Shown: positions 11,206-24,990, counted from the stretch's first letter. The stretch is DNA of 64,000 nt from Camelus dromedarius (GCF_036321535.1 NC_087438.1:2356001-2420000), one strand, 5' to 3'. The notes: generated by a model from the letters alone, not told the origin. Numbers and translations are program-made.

Positions 11206-12439
11206 AAAATGTAAAAAATATAGCTTCAGTGTAAGTCATTGCTTTTACCAAGCTCTGTTGTTCATGGACGTCAACCTTCAGGCCCCGTGAGCTCAGACTT
11301 TTTATTGCATGAATCTCCTCGTGTATCTTGTGTAACTCTTACATGAGAGGCACAAAGAGGGTCAGACAGTGAAAACCTCCCAAGAACAAGGCAGAGTTTG
11401 ACGCTCGTTCAGCACTGAGAAGGTGGGCGCTGCCGGGCACCCCCGTCACTCCAGCCCGCGTGTGAGGTCTGCTCCTGACGTGGACGTGGGATGAATGAGA
11501 GGCTCCAGCGTCGTGATGCGAGGAGCGTGCTCCAGGCCTAACCATGCAGCCCCGCAGTGCGCGCTGGCTGGGCGCTGCCTGCTGGGTCCAGGTCCCCCCG
11601 TGAGACGCTCAGGCAGGCTGGTCCGGCCTCCTGTGCTCTGAGGCTGAAGTCTGGGCAGCTCGGCTGCGATGGCTGTGTCAGTCCCAGCTCATCAGAAATT
11701 GAGGTTGTCCCTTGGGGTTTCAATTTTGACCAAGTGAAATGTCAACTTTTTTTTTTTATCATTATCAGGAAGCCTTTTAATAGATTTCCACCAGTAGACC
11801 TCAGGTCACAGGAAGAAATACAGAGCAGAAAGATTAGACCAAGATTCTCATTTGGCTTTGCTGAAACCGGTTATAGCCACCCTATAAATAGGCAGCCCTG
11901 TGCAACCTTGAGCCTTTTGAAAACCTGACCATCACCTCCACTCATGGTGCTTGGGGAAATCTTTGCTAACAGAATGTCATGAGGCCTGTGGATTTTCAGA
12001 AGGGCTGGAAAAATGGCTCCTCCTCTTCTCCATCCAATGCCTGCTTCCTCCTTCCTCCCAGCTGGGAATTGGTCCAGGGTCCAGTTCAGCCAGGCTGAGT
12101 CGAGGATGGGAGCTGAGCACCATGGAAAGACCTACCCCCCGTGAGCCACCGTCGGCCTGGGCTGGGAGAACCCCCCCTCCCCGGGGACTCAGGCACCCAG
12201 AGCTCAGGAGCCTTTCCCTCATGAACAGCCCTGCACCACGGGCGGGAGGCGCCCAAGGCCAAGGCCTCATGTGTGCCTCCTCGGTGCATCTCGTCCTCAC
12301 GCCCCGCCTGCTGTTCTCCAGCCCGGGGGCCCTCTCTTTAACCTGGCTACTACTGAACATCCATTTTAAATTCTTCCAGCTGAACTCATTTTGCATTTCT
12401 GACTTGACTGCAACATCTTAAGGAGACACCCATATGTTG

Positions 12440-14600
12440 TAATATTTTTTCTTCTTTTTTTCTCTTCCCCCTGCAGCACTGAGCTCCACACCCATACTAG
12501 AGGATGCCTTTTTGTGTTGTTAATTTATTTACTGAAATGTAACAGGTAGTCAAAAGAATCAATATAATACAAAGGAGGGGGAGTAAAACAAACACCTTTG
12601 AGCGCGTATCACAGTTTAAGAACCAGGAGTGCCGGCACCTTTGATGGCTCCTGTTTTCCTTCTCTGATCCTGCCCACATCCCGGCTTCCATCTTGAATTC
12701 CGTGGCTGTAGTTCCCTGGCGCTCCCTGCACGCAGTTCTGTCGCACAGGGATCTAACCTCAGCCGCAGACTGCTTACTTTTCCATGTTTTCACTCCATGC
12801 AGATGAAGGTCCGTTCTAGTCAGTCTTTGTGGCCTGCCTTTTTCATTCAGCGTTGTGTTTCAGGGGCTCATCTACGTGGGGCTGGGCTGGAGTTCAGTCA
12901 TTTCACTCTGTGTGCCGTTTCTTCTCATGAAAATTCTGCAGCGTAGCCATCCTCTGGTCCTTTGACGTTCAGCTTGTTTTAATTTTTGCTACAACAAACA
13001 TTCTTCTAGAAACTTTCTTGTACGTGTCTCCTGAAGCAGGTGTGAGAGTTTCTCAGGGTGCCCGCGACTAGGAGCGCACTTACCGGGTGGGTGGGTACTG
13101 ACCAGCTTTACAGAAGGAGGCCGGACCAGCCGTCTCTGCGCGAGGGCTTCCGTCGCTGCGCTGTCGTCGCCAGTAACTGGTCTCGGATGGATCGGCTGCT
13201 CCAATCGGATACTGATATGCATTGCTCTCTTTGAGGTTTTAATTTGTAAACGCACTGGTGCTGAGTATCTTTTCATGTGTTCGTTTTTGTGTGTGTGTGT
13301 GTGTGTTTCTTCTGCTGTGAGCTGCCTTTTCATAATTTCACTTATTTTCCTAAGTTATTTCTTTATGTACTAGAAGAATCTTACATTCAGTTGGGGTGAG
13401 TATAGCTCAGTGGTAGAGTGTGTTCTTAGCAGGCATGAGGTCCTAGGTTCAATCCCCAGCACCTCCATTAAAAAAAAAAAAGTTAAAAGTAAAGAGGTTT
13501 ACATTCAGTATCTAGACTTAGAAAATCCAAGCCCTGACGTTTTGTTGTTGTCTGCATTGTCAATAGCTTCTGTCAGTTTTCCGCACCTTTCCCTCAATTT
13601 CTACATAGGGCTTTTTGGAAATTTTAATTTTAATGCAGCCTAACTGATATATATTTTCTTCTAAAATGTTATTTTTTTCTCTTTGTTAAAAAATCTTTTC
13701 CTGCATTAAAGTCATAAGAGATACCCTGCCTATGTCAATTTCTACTCTACCTCGTCTGTAACTGGTTTTTGTATGTGATTAATTACTCCGTGTAGATGGC
13801 CGTTTCGGCAACATCTTACTGAATAGTTCTTTAATCTACTGATGAGTAAAGGCACGTCTGCCGCGGTCTTCCCTGTGTGTGTGCAGGGCTTTTTCTGGAC
13901 TCTCTTCTGTCACAGAGCCGTACTGAAGTCCACTGCCAATCCCACAAACTCCTTACTGCTGTGGTTACATCCTGGTATCTGGACACCACGGTCTTCTCCT
14001 TTAGGACTAGCCTCTGTGTGGTGTTGGTCTTTCGAAATGTTTGATGCTTGTTATGTAGCCCATTACTTGGTCAAACCTTGTGAATCACGCCGTTCAAATT
14101 TAATTTGCTGTTCAAATTGCATGCATATTGAAGGTTTTGGGGGCAGTTTTAGTTTGATCTTTCAATTGCTGGGAAAAGCATATTATAATCTCTCTCACGG
14201 TAGAAACTTCAGTTTGACTTTATTTATTTATTGTTTTGCTTTAATTTGGAGCTATGCAACTAAGTTTATACAAGATTAGAATTTATATCTCTTCCTGTTG
14301 AGTTAAATGTTTGAAATCTCTACAGCTGAGGTGTGCACTCGTGTTGCCGTTCTCTTTAACACCTGTTTTGCTCCCTGTTAATATCATCGTATCTGCTTTA
14401 CGTGCGTTAGTGATTGGCCTGTTACTCTTCTAATTTTTTAACTTTCAAACTTTCTATCTGTTTTCTTAAATGATGCATATTTTAAAAATCACATTGATAA
14501 CTTTCATTATATCTAATCTGGATTGTGTGTCTTTAAGAGGTTTGCATTTCTTAGGATTTCTATCTGATGCACTTGGATTTATATCTCCTAAGTACTTTCT
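12440..14600 (-). mobile_element. Old L1M fragment (3' UTR/ORF2 end), heavily diverged, interrupted by a SINE
   Basis: Poly-T start and antisense L1M-like motifs. Minus frame gives HMKRYSAPVRLQIKT, similar to L1 ORF2 KHMKRCSTSL..MQIKT. Boundaries approximate. Confidence 0.7.
13392..13498 (+). mobile_element. vic-1-like SINE
   Basis: tRNA-Ala-like head and poly(A). TTACATTCAGT is duplicated at 13381-13391 and 13499-13509. Confidence 0.92.
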
Positions 14601-16789
14601 ATTTGGTAGAAACAGAAAGAGATGATGACTGGCGGTCATTTTCCGAAGACGGTAAAAGACGAAAATCTTGACATTAAGGAAGCTCAATGAAGCCTCAGTT
14701 CGCTGGCTTTTGACACAAAAATACTGAATTCTGACATGAGGCTGAGGCAGGTCTTCCAAGCTCCGGCCGACCTAAACGTCGTATGATCGTCAGGGCACAG
14801 AGCTGGGTGTCAGCCTAGGAGGTCCCGAAGAGAAAGCGTGGAAATCTCTTGCTTTGGTTCATGTGAAATTATTCTTCAAGCTGGAATTTCTCAGAAGCGA
14901 CATCTGTGGAGTTTGCTGGTGCGTTCACTGTTCAAAAACCAGGAAAGCAGGTGCCGCGCCTTCCGTCTCTGAGCAGCCCGGCAACTCTCCCTGACCTCCC
15001 ACTCAGAGCACAGAAACCCCCGCAGAAAGGCAGCGTCTTTCCCCAAACTGTCCCTCACTACCTTCTGATTAGGGCCAAGAATGGAAATGCCTTCAACCAC
15101 CAAATAATGCTTGCTTACTGGTAAACGTCAGGTAGAGTTTGGATCTAGATGCAGAAAATACCAGATTTCTTTCCCCTCTCAGAGAACATAGCCTTTATCA
15201 CGCAATTATTCCTTGACTACTTGGTCTATGTTAGTGCAAAGCTGGGTTCCTGGCTAATCTGGGTCTGAAAGCCCGTGGGGTCAGTTGGCACAGACATCCC
15301 CTTTGACTGGCGTCGCCTGTGCCCAGAGCAATCGCGGTTTCCCTCGAGTCAGTGCCGCCTGCACCCATCACGCCCCGCGTGGGAGCCGCGGCACAGCTGC
15401 CGGCTAATTGGGCATCGGGGACCATCAGGAGTCTTCATTATGTGGAAGTGCCTACGTAGCATCTGTTCCACATCCCTGTTCTTCAGGGCTGCTTTGTAGT
15501 TGCCGTGTCTTCAGGGACCTTCAAAACAAGAAGCAAAGAAATTCAATATGAACCACACTTCACGTAAAGCCCTTTAAACCCATCAGGTGAGTGTGGCCTG
15601 GATCTGGGTTAGCCCGAGCCTTAGTGAGGGGAGGCACGCTTACCCACCGTGCTCCCACCGGCTTTAATGTAAACACTAATCATAGCCCCTCCGTTTCTTC
15701 TACTTCCAACACTAAGTATAACTTAAGAACACGTTACGTACCAAGGCCAGCTGCTAATGGACCTCTGACTCCACGTAACACTCGAATTTTAATCCCGGGG
15801 TTTAGGTACACAGAACAGCGCATGAGCACTTTGGTTTGGTATGACTTTTTTTGCCCTTGAAATGGGGTATTCCTTCCCAAGAAAGGGACGATTCTAGGGG
15901 GAAAGTGGAAAGAATGGTGTTACTGGCAGAGATGGGTTAGGGGTCGCCACCCGGAGTGGGAAGCTGGCACCCACACTGTCACCGGGAGCTGGGGTCCACA
16001 CTCCCAGCCCTGGGCTCTGGGGAGGACGTGGTGTCCTGTGCCTTGTGTGGGGTGGATTGCATTGATATCTGGCCACAGTTGGGGGGTCATGTTAACCAGC
16101 ATCTGTCCTGCCTGGGCTCTGAAGGAAGGAGCGTGGGGATGATGGTGGCCTTGGAGGCGGTGCAGATTCTGTTGAAAGGCACATCTGTATGGATGGGGAT
16201 CACCCAGGCTGGAGGCCTGGGGAGGGGGAGAGACCCCCAAAGGTCCCTGGGGGAGCTCAGTGCGGGTTCAAGCTCCTTTCGCATGGGTTCCAGGAAGTTC
16301 AGCTCTTCCAGCAGCTCCCACCTCAGGCCCGTCTTTCAATCTCAGCCACCTGCCCAGGAACCTCAGGCTCAGAGCCTGACACCAAAGATGTGTTAGCAGC
16401 TTCCGCAACGGCATCAAGTCAAATCTTTGTGAGAAATTCTTAATCCTACATCATGTCTAGTGGTTTCGCTATGACTGAACCCTGGTGAATAGACTGCGGG
16501 GTGAGTGTGAGTGCATGGTGTGTGTCTGTGCAGTGCAGGGCTGCTAAGCACTTTCCTGGTTCTTTTCAGGTTGTTTGAACCTTCTGTACTTTTAACCTTT
16601 GTATCTTGATTTTTGTGGAGATTCTGAGCAAAGGCCTGAGCATCTGCCTTTTCGTCAGCTCTAGGTGCTCAGGCCAGCCTGTCCACCATCCCTGGGGTGA
16701 GAGGACCTGGGGTGCCAGGCTGACAGGCAGAGCAAGGAACACATTTGTTTTCACACTTTCTCTCTGCTGGAACCAGCATGACCTGGGAG

Positions 16790-17710
16790 CCCCAAGGACA
16801 TAGGCCTGAACCAAAGAATAAATGTAGCAAAAAAATAACAAATTAAGATATATATTAAGGAAGAATACAGATGCTATTACATGAGAAATTAATGGCCTGT
16901 AAAATGAAGAACTAAAACACCAAGAGACAAGACTTGTGAGCAAAAAAGATCTGAGAGATCTGCTAGGAAAGATTGGTGTTCCAGAGGCAGAAACGGGGTA
17001 TGTGGGAAAAGTATTTAAACTAATGATAGATGGGAATTTCTGAGCTGAGAAGATGCGCACATTTTTTGATTGTAATAGTGAATGAATGCATAGACCTAGA
17101 CATCTCTAAAATTAAGGAAAAGTTCTAATAAGCTTCTAGGCTCAATGACTCAGTCATTAACAAAACAGAGGCATCACATCGCCATCAGTTCTCTCAAGTA
17201 CAAGCAGAGCAAATGAAACACAGGGAAACACTGCACAACATAGCTGTGTCAGTTACAGGTGGCTCAGCCTGTAACTGACCCAGCCGAGCTATCACTGACC
17301 TGACAAGGGGAAAGATGTTCCTAGATACATGCCTGTCAGAATGTACAAACTGGAGTCTGTATGAGGAAGGTATTGAAGAGGCCTCTAGATGGACCACAAA
17401 CGCATTGGGTCAGATTTGGAGAGAGCAGAAATGGCCAGCGCTACTCCACGCTGAGCCTTCGCAGGCGTCTCTCTGAATGATCATGCGCTACCCGGCAGTG
17501 TGCAATTAAAGGGTAAGTTATGTGTCTGGGAATGGAAGAGACACACCTCCAGGGAAATTCTTCTAGCAATCTGGAGTAAAATCGACTAAATTCTGTAACC
17601 AAAAGCTAGAAGTAATTATGTTCCAAAGAATACATCTTAGGGTAGACGGGGAACCGTGTTGAAGTGAAAACACTTTAAACATGTCAACACAACATTTTAT
17701 GTGAGCAGAC

Positions 17711-17747
<37 letters not shown>

Positions 17748-18110
17748 CAGGGGTGGGGAGGTGGAGAATAGAATAATGTGATAAATCGCTATCTTGGTTT
17801 CATATTTTAAAGAGATACGTGCTTGTTGTAAGAGTGAAGAAAGAGCAGGTAAGGCTGGAAGGAATAAAGAGTAAGTGGAATTTCTAAATTTATGAGGGGG
17901 AGGAGGAATGCGTCAAACCAACAAAAAATTCAGGGAGAGGGAAAAGAAGGCAATCAAGTAAATAAATAATAACAACAAAGGGAGATTGAAGGGATATCAT
18001 CAAGTGTGCGGATCCTAGCAGCAACTGTAAAGGAATCAGATTCTTCAGTTCAGAAGCAGAGACCATCTGGCAAGGCTGAAAACCAGACTCTTCACTTCGT
18101 GCTGTTAGTA
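16790..18110 (+). mobile_element. Old L1M fragment (ORF1 end, inter-ORF region, ORF2 start)
   Basis: ATTGGTGTTCCAGAGGCAGAA...GGGAATTTC resembles ORF1 IGVPE...ENFP. 18020-18105 resembles the ORF2 endonuclease start. Boundaries approximate. Confidence 0.6.
17713..17745. repeat. (TG)16 microsatellite
   Basis: Read directly from the sequence. Confidence 0.98.
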
Positions 18111-19973
18111 AGCTCTCTATTTCTATGCCTTCAGGGCTTTATCGGAGTGCCTCCCACACAGTGGACACTCGATTTTCAGGAGTAAGTGAATCCACGGAAA
18201 GATCTCAAACATTTCTGCTGGGAATGTTACTGAGTAGAGACATAATGACCTAGAACTAACATGTTTTGGAAAGTTTTCCAACAATAAGATTGATATAAAA
18301 ATGATTTGTGCTTAATCCTCAGTTGACCCGTTAATTTGTTAGAAGATCCATTCTTCTTAACATTTTTATTAATTGAAATTCTGCTCCACGTAAAACAGCA
18401 CGTTCTGTAATTAACAGTGCCTCCTGAGGTGATTTTGTTTTGTTTACTGGAAGGAAGGGAGTTAGTGCAAAGACCAGAAAACTGAGATTCCATTCGTACG
18501 TCTTACATTCCTTATCTAGTCATTTCCTAATTCTAGGCAAAAATGTGTGTTTCTATCATGGCTCATTCTGCCTGGTTTGAGGCTTTTTCTCTGTCTTCAC
18601 TTGTCCTCTCCAGCTCTAGGCCCTCGGGCTGATACTCATTCTCCTGCTGAGCGGTTACACTGGGGGGCGTCTCATGCTGGACTCGGTCCCAGCACAGCAC
18701 TCTTTCCTCCCATCGAGCCCGGAACGTGCTGGAGATCTCAGCCACGGAGCCTGCTCCCAGGACTCAGTCTGCCCATTTGCACCAGTCGCTGCAAACTCCT
18801 GCAGTGCTCCATGTGAGGACTGAGCTGCATCACTGGGGAGCTTTCTGCAATCACAGATGCCCTGAAAGCAATGGGATGAGAAAGGGAAGTTGTGGCATCA
18901 CCCACAGGCTCCTGTGTGTCCCTTCTGTGTCCAGGGCACCAGATGCTCTGCTTACTGTGCAGGAGGGGAATGGCTTTGCAGCCTGGAAGTCCTGTCACTC
19001 CCCAGTTGGGGACAGATGGGCAGACTTGGAGAGCAGGTGGTGTGGTCTGCTCCAGCAGGCCTTCCCATCTGAGCCCACCAAGATGCTCCAGGGAAAACTC
19101 TCATCCCCTTTGAGGTGGCAAATAGTGTTCCCTCTGGCCCACCTGTCCGGGTGCGGGCCACGAGCTTTCCACACCAGCCATGCACCCCAGAGAGACTGCA
19201 GCACCACAGGGCAGGAGTCTGCTGTTTGCTGGCAGAGCACCACTTGCTGTTGGCTCCAGAACTTTCTTTTAAACAGCAGCGGTCTGTGAGTGCCATGCCT
19301 TGTGGTAGGAAAGAAGCAAACGGGCTGCCTTTGCCTTTGCACGATTTCATTGCGGAGATGCTTCCCCAGTGCACTGTTCTGGAAAAAATTTCCACATAAA
19401 CAAATTATTAGTTTTGCCAGCCCTCCTCATAAATGCTTTCCCAGTCTCTTCCAAGAGCCACATATATATGAAGCAGGGATGCAGTTTAGGATTTGAGAAG
19501 AAAGTTACGCTGCCAAATAAACCATTTCATTCAACATTTTAATGGTGCTCCCTTGGCTTTTTCCCCTGGCTGCCACCATGCCTTAGTCATCTGATTATGT
19601 ATGTGGAGGCAGCTTGGAAATGTCCAAGCAAAGGTAGATACAAATAATTTTAGATCATCTTCTAGAGATCTTTTTCATTCTTGCAGGAGTAATGAAGCAC
19701 TCCACACTGCAACTCTCCAAAGTGGAGTTTCTCCAGGGAACTTTCTGCACAGTTGGGGAGTGCACGGAATGCTGATGACCTGGAATGGTAGCGTCCTTCC
19801 AGGAACAGCGTGTGCCCTGGCAGCTCGGCTGGGAAGGCAGCATCTTACTGCTAAGAATATTCCACGTCTGCTTAGACTGACTCCTTCCCATTTCATAAAA
19901 CAAGAAATTCTAATGAAGAAATGGAAAGTTATCCAACGGCATAATTTGTTAAGTAGGCATTGCTTTTGCCACG

Positions 19974-20011
19974 GAGAGAAAGAGAGAGAGAGAGGGAGAG
20001 AGAGAGAGAGA
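19974..20011. repeat. Imperfect (GA)n microsatellite
   Basis: Read directly from the sequence. Confidence 0.95.
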
Positions 20012-20269
20012 AGTTTGAAGTTTCTGAAATAAGCAAAGAGCCAGCTCTGGGTTTGGGGGGTACTGCTCAGACTCCGGGCTTCTCACTCATGGACTCCAGT
20101 TGTCTGAGGAAGACCCCCCCATCTCCTGGTGCACTTCTGCTGCATCTGCGTTCTCTATTTGCACCCCCTCAACCCACACCTGTGCAGTGCATGAGATGTG
20201 TACCTTTGTGCAGCCGTGTGATCTTACAAAGATGAGTACTGTTGTCTTGCGTGCATGTACTTCACATGG

Positions 20270-20915
20270 ACACTAATGGCATTGCCAGTGGGAATGCAAG
20301 TTGGCGTAGGTCCTGGGGAAGACAGTGTGGAGGTTCCTCAACCACTGAACCTAGAATTACGCTGTGATCCAGCAAATCCATTTCTGAGCGTGTACACAAA
20401 AAAAATTGGAAGAAGGACTCAAACAGATATTTGTCAGCCTATGTTCACAGCAGCATCTTTCACAACAACCAAAAGGCGGAAACAACCCAATTGTCTGTCA
20501 GCAGTTGAGTGGGTGAATACAGTGTGCTCTGTCCACACCAGGGACTATATTCAGCCTCAAAGAGGCAGGAGATTCTGATACAGGCTACAGCATGGATGAG
20601 CCTTAAAGACACTAAGTAAGATAGACCAGTCACAAAAGAATAAATGCTGTATGGTCCCACCTACTGAGGTTTCTGGGGACTTCAAATTCATAGAGACAGA
20701 AAGCAGAAAGAAGGTGGGGCTGGGGGAGAGAGGGCTGAGGAGCTGGCGGTTCACGGGGACAGTTCCAATCTGGGGTAATGAAAAAGCTCCGGAGATGGAG
20801 GGTGGTGGCTGCACAAATTCGTGAATGTGCTTAATGACACAGAACTCTGCATGGGTAAGTTGATTTCAACCGTAAATTGTATTTTACGTATTTTACTACC
20901 ATTTTGTAAAAAACA
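20270..20915 (+). mobile_element. L1MB-like 3' end (ORF2 C-terminus plus 3' UTR)
   Basis: TGGAGGTTCCTCAA..CTAGAATTACGCTGTGATCCAGCAAATCC, TGTTCACAGCAGCAT and ATGGATGAGCCTTAAAGAC are hallmark L1 3' motifs. Confidence 0.9.
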
Positions 20916-20944
20916 AGATACTAATGATAAAACGCTTAAACCTC

Positions 20945-21840
20945 ATTTTACTTCAGAGATCTCTCCCTGTTACCGAGTGTTCGTGCGGTCCCGGGCCTCT
21001 GGCCGCTGCTACTCACTGTTCCATGGTGCGCAATGGCCATGTGTTACCCACCTTTTCCCAAAGTGTCGATATTTACAATCCCTCCGACCCCGTCACCACG
21101 CAGGATGCTGCGGGGACACACTGTGCATGCCCCTTATGTTCTCTCTACTGTCTGCTCCTGGGAGTGGAATTGCTGGCTGCGCTGCTGTATATGCACTAAA
21201 TTTAACTCAGTTGCGCCAGTTTACTCTTTGAAGGGCTGTGAGCATCCCAGGGCCGCCGCAGGATGGGCTGCTTTCCTTCTCCTGCTTAGCTGCCAAAGCG
21301 TGTCAGCTCAGCTTCCAAATACTTGCCAGTCCGGTGGGTACAAAGGGAGGTCTTGCTGTTGTAACCTTCAGTTCTCTAGTCACCAATGGACCCGAGCATC
21401 TTTTCACGTCTCGTTAGCGTTTCGGGTTTCCCCGTCCTGAGAATGTCCTCTTCTTGCTCTTTGCCTTCGTGTCTGTTGCGCTTTTGATTTTTGATTTATA
21501 GACATTTCTTGCATATTCTAGATAACATGGCCCCTGGTTGGTTTTAGACATTGCAGATATATTCTCTCAATCTGTTATCTGTTTCTAACTTGGCCCATGT
21601 GTTTTTCATTAAAATCAATCCCTATTTAATGTAATAAATTGAACATATTTTCCCTTTGATTAGATCATTTGTTTTCAATCTTTCTTGCCTCATAAAGAAA
21701 GTATTTTAACATATAAATTTTACTTTACATACTATTCTAGATGTATCCACACATTTTAAAATACATTATTATGTTGTTCGGTTCTAAATATTTCACAATT
21801 TCCTCTATTACTTCCTTTTCTAGCAAAATGTATATTGTTG
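20945..21840 (-). mobile_element. Old L1M fragment
   Basis: Diverged antisense L1 motifs, for example TTCTCTAGTCACCAATGGACCCGAGCATCTTTTCAC and TTTCTTGCATATTCTAGATA. Confidence 0.6.
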
Positions 21841-21874
21841 AGATCCTAGAAATAGGGGGAGCCTTTGAGTTACA

Positions 21875-22375
21875 CGGGCATACCTCGGAGATACTGTGGG
21901 TTTGTTTCCAAACCAGCACTGTAATAAAGTGATTATCAAAAAGAAGTCACACAAATTTTTTGGTTTCCCATGCATGTATAAGAGTTATGTTTATACAGTA
22001 CTGTAGTCTATTAAGTGTGCAATAGTACTGGCTGTAAAAACAAAGTCCACACTTTAATTTAAAAAATACTTTATTTTAAAAAAATGCTAACCATTGCCTA
22101 AGCTTTCAGCAAGTCAATAGTTTTGCAATAATCGCATCAATGATCACTGACCACAGACCACTCTAACACATATAAAAGTGAGGGAAATTTTGAAACAGAG
22201 TGAGAATTATAAACACAAGACACAGAGACACGAAGTAAGCAAATGCCGTTGGAGAAATGACGGGGCTGGATGATTGACTTGCTCAACACAGGGTCGCCAC
22301 AAATTTTCAGCTTGTAAAAAAACGCAATATTTGCGGAGCACAATGGAGTGAAATGCAATAAAGAATGTGTGCTTC
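21875..22375 (+). mobile_element. Internally deleted Tigger1 DNA transposon (about 500-bp MITE, Tigger1a-like)
   Basis: The start CGGGCATACCTCGGAGATACTG and the end AAAACGCAATATTTGCGG...AATAAAGAATGTGTGCTTC|TA match recalled Tigger1 termini. No transposase ORF. Confidence 0.9.
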
Positions 22376-22789
22376 TACCTTACAAAGTAATGTATAGTTT
22401 TATTCATTGTAGTAAGAGGACATCGTTTTATGACACTGGCTGAGCGCTCATCTGCGGGCTAGCATGCGGGCAACGTCTGTGCTTGTTCCTCGTACACTCA
22501 GAAACCGTGCTCCTCAAACGCTCCGCGGTGAAGGGCCAGGATCTGGGCGTCTTGTTTTTGTTAATTTCTAATCAGTTACAGATTGTTATTTTGCAGCATT
22601 CAACAAAAAGAAATACTGGAAAATGATCATGTAAGTGGAGGTCTCAACAATAACAAATAGTTATAAGGTTTTAAACACTCTCAGTTTTTATATTTATCTC
22701 ATTGCAGACGGGAAAGAAACAGTGGTGGACAGGCGCCAAGTAACCAGAAAGACCGTGCCCTCTGTCTGTCAGGGTTAGAGTTCCAGATA

Positions 22790-23400
22790 AAGTCACTTGA
22801 GTTTATTCATTGCATTATTCATATAGCCTCTATCTGTTTACTTTTGTATCTTTCAGGTGAAGAAGGGGGTTAAAATCTCCAACTAGTGTTGTTTATACAT
22901 CTATTTATCTTCTCGGTTCGCCAGTTGTTTTGCGTATTTGAGGACATATTGTTAAGTGCATCTAGATTCACGTAGTCATAAGCTATTTTTATGAGTATGA
23001 CTTTACTCTTTTTCCTCTGAGTAATTTTGTCTTGATATTTATTTAGTCAGAAGTTAAAATTGTCATTATATCTTTGTATGGATAATATTCCCCTATCTGT
23101 ATTTTCCATCCTTCTGTTTAACCTCTCTTCATTCTTCTGGGCTAGTGGATTATCGCGTTAGGAACCCCATCTGGCATCCCTGGTCTTCCCGTTGCTGAGT
23201 CCAACACATTCTGACTGATGTCACTACCATTATATTAGCACTTACTTCTACTCTCAGCTCATGCCTCCAATTTACTCTACTTGTTTATTTTTTACTCCTC
23301 TTTCATCTTCTTTATTGGACAGGTCAGGCTTAAATTACAAGTTGGAATTATATGTTTTATTTTTATTTTTGTCCTGGTTTCCTAGAAATATAAACCCACA
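22790..23400 (-). mobile_element. Possible ancient L1M fragment
   Basis: T-rich antisense-L1-like sequence (TTTTGCGTATTTGAGGACATATTGTTAAGTGCAT). Highly diverged. Confidence 0.4.
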
Positions 23401-23419
23401 ATTATGTTTATTATCTTTT

Positions 23420-24990
23420 ATCAATTTTTTTTTTTGAATTGAGGTGAAATTTACTTACAATAAAACGCATGACTCAGGTCTTTAGTTTGATGAGTTTTGG
23501 CAGTTGTATACACTCCTGTAATTTGAACATCTCCTTTACTCCAGAAGCCCTCAAGATCCTTTCAAGTCAGCCTGTCCTGTCCCCCAAGATGGTGGTATTC
23601 TGACTTCTACAGATGTCTTTGCCTGCTCTTGTGCCCCTGATAAGAGGAATTATACAGGTCTTCAGTGTCTGATGTCCATTGTTTAACACTTATTTATAGA
23701 TCATTCATAGATGCAATTATCTGTATTTTATTTCTTTTTATTGCTAAATAGCATTCTGCCCCATGAATTTACACATATACATGGCTTTTAAAATTCCATT
23801 CTTTTTTGGTGGACATTAGTGTTATTTCCGATTTGGGCTATCATGAACAGAGCTGCTGTATACATTCTTGTATGGTCTTCTTACAGGCATACGTTTTCAT
23901 TTTTCTTGAGTAAACACCCGCCAGTGGAACTGGGGGGTCACAGGGTATATGCATGGGTAACTTTTAAAGAAACTAACTAACAGTTCTGCAAAGCGTTGCG
24001 CCATTTTACACGTGTGCCGGCAAAGGACGGGAGTACCAGTTGCTGCACTTTTGTGTTTCTGTTACCTGGCCTACCTGGCCTTTTAATCGTTCCAGCAGCT
24101 ATGAGATGGTATCTCACTGCAATTCTAATTTTCATTTCCTTCTTGACTAATACACTGAGCATCTTTCTATGTGCTGGCTGGCCATCCATATACCTTCAAA
24201 GGTTATATGCCTATTTAAATTGCTTACTCAATTTAAAAATATTTGGTTGTATTTTTTGGTTGAACTTTCAAAAATGTTATGTAAACATATTAGATGTACA
24301 TGTTACCAGGATTTTTTAAGTTTGTGATTTATTGATTTAATGTCTCAAGGATACCTTTTAATTAGCAGAAATCTTTAATTTTGATGAAGCTGAATAATTG
24401 GTTTTATTTTTGGTAGGTTCTACTTTTCATATCCTGTCCTAGAAATCTGTATCTACCTCAAGACAGAAAATATTCTTATTTTTTCTCCTAGAAACATGAG
24501 TTTTGGTTTCACATTTAGGTGTCTGATCACCTTTGGATTATTGTTTATGTATGGAGAGAGATGAGATCCAGGTTTCTTTTTTTTTTTCCCCCTCTATGTG
24601 GCTGTCTATTGTTCCAACAATATTTATTAAAAATACTTTCTTTTTTTTTTTTGTATTTACTTGCTACTTTGGACGAAAATCAGTCTGCACTATATGTGAC
24701 CGTCTGCTTGGGCTCTGCCTGCTCTGTTCCACTGACCTGTTGGCCTGTCCGTATGCCAATATCGAGTGGTCTTGTCGCTTTTCAGTAGGTCTTAAAATCA
24801 GATAGTGTCAGTCTTCCAAATACGTTCTTCTTCAAGATCATTTTCACTACTCTACATTCTTTACATTTCCATACAGATTGTAAAATCAGCTTACCTATTT
24901 CTTTTTTAAAAAAGCCTTCTGGGATTTTGTTAATGTTTGCATGGAATCTATAGATCAGTTTGGGGAACACTGGCAACCTGACGCATTAGA
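23420..24990 (-). mobile_element. L1M fragment (3' UTR plus ORF2 remnant)
   Basis: Minus frame 24782-24976 gives FPKLIYRFHANINKIPEGFFKKEIGKLIL...GRLTLSDFKTY, which is L1 ORF2. Poly-T start at about 23425. Confidence 0.9.
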
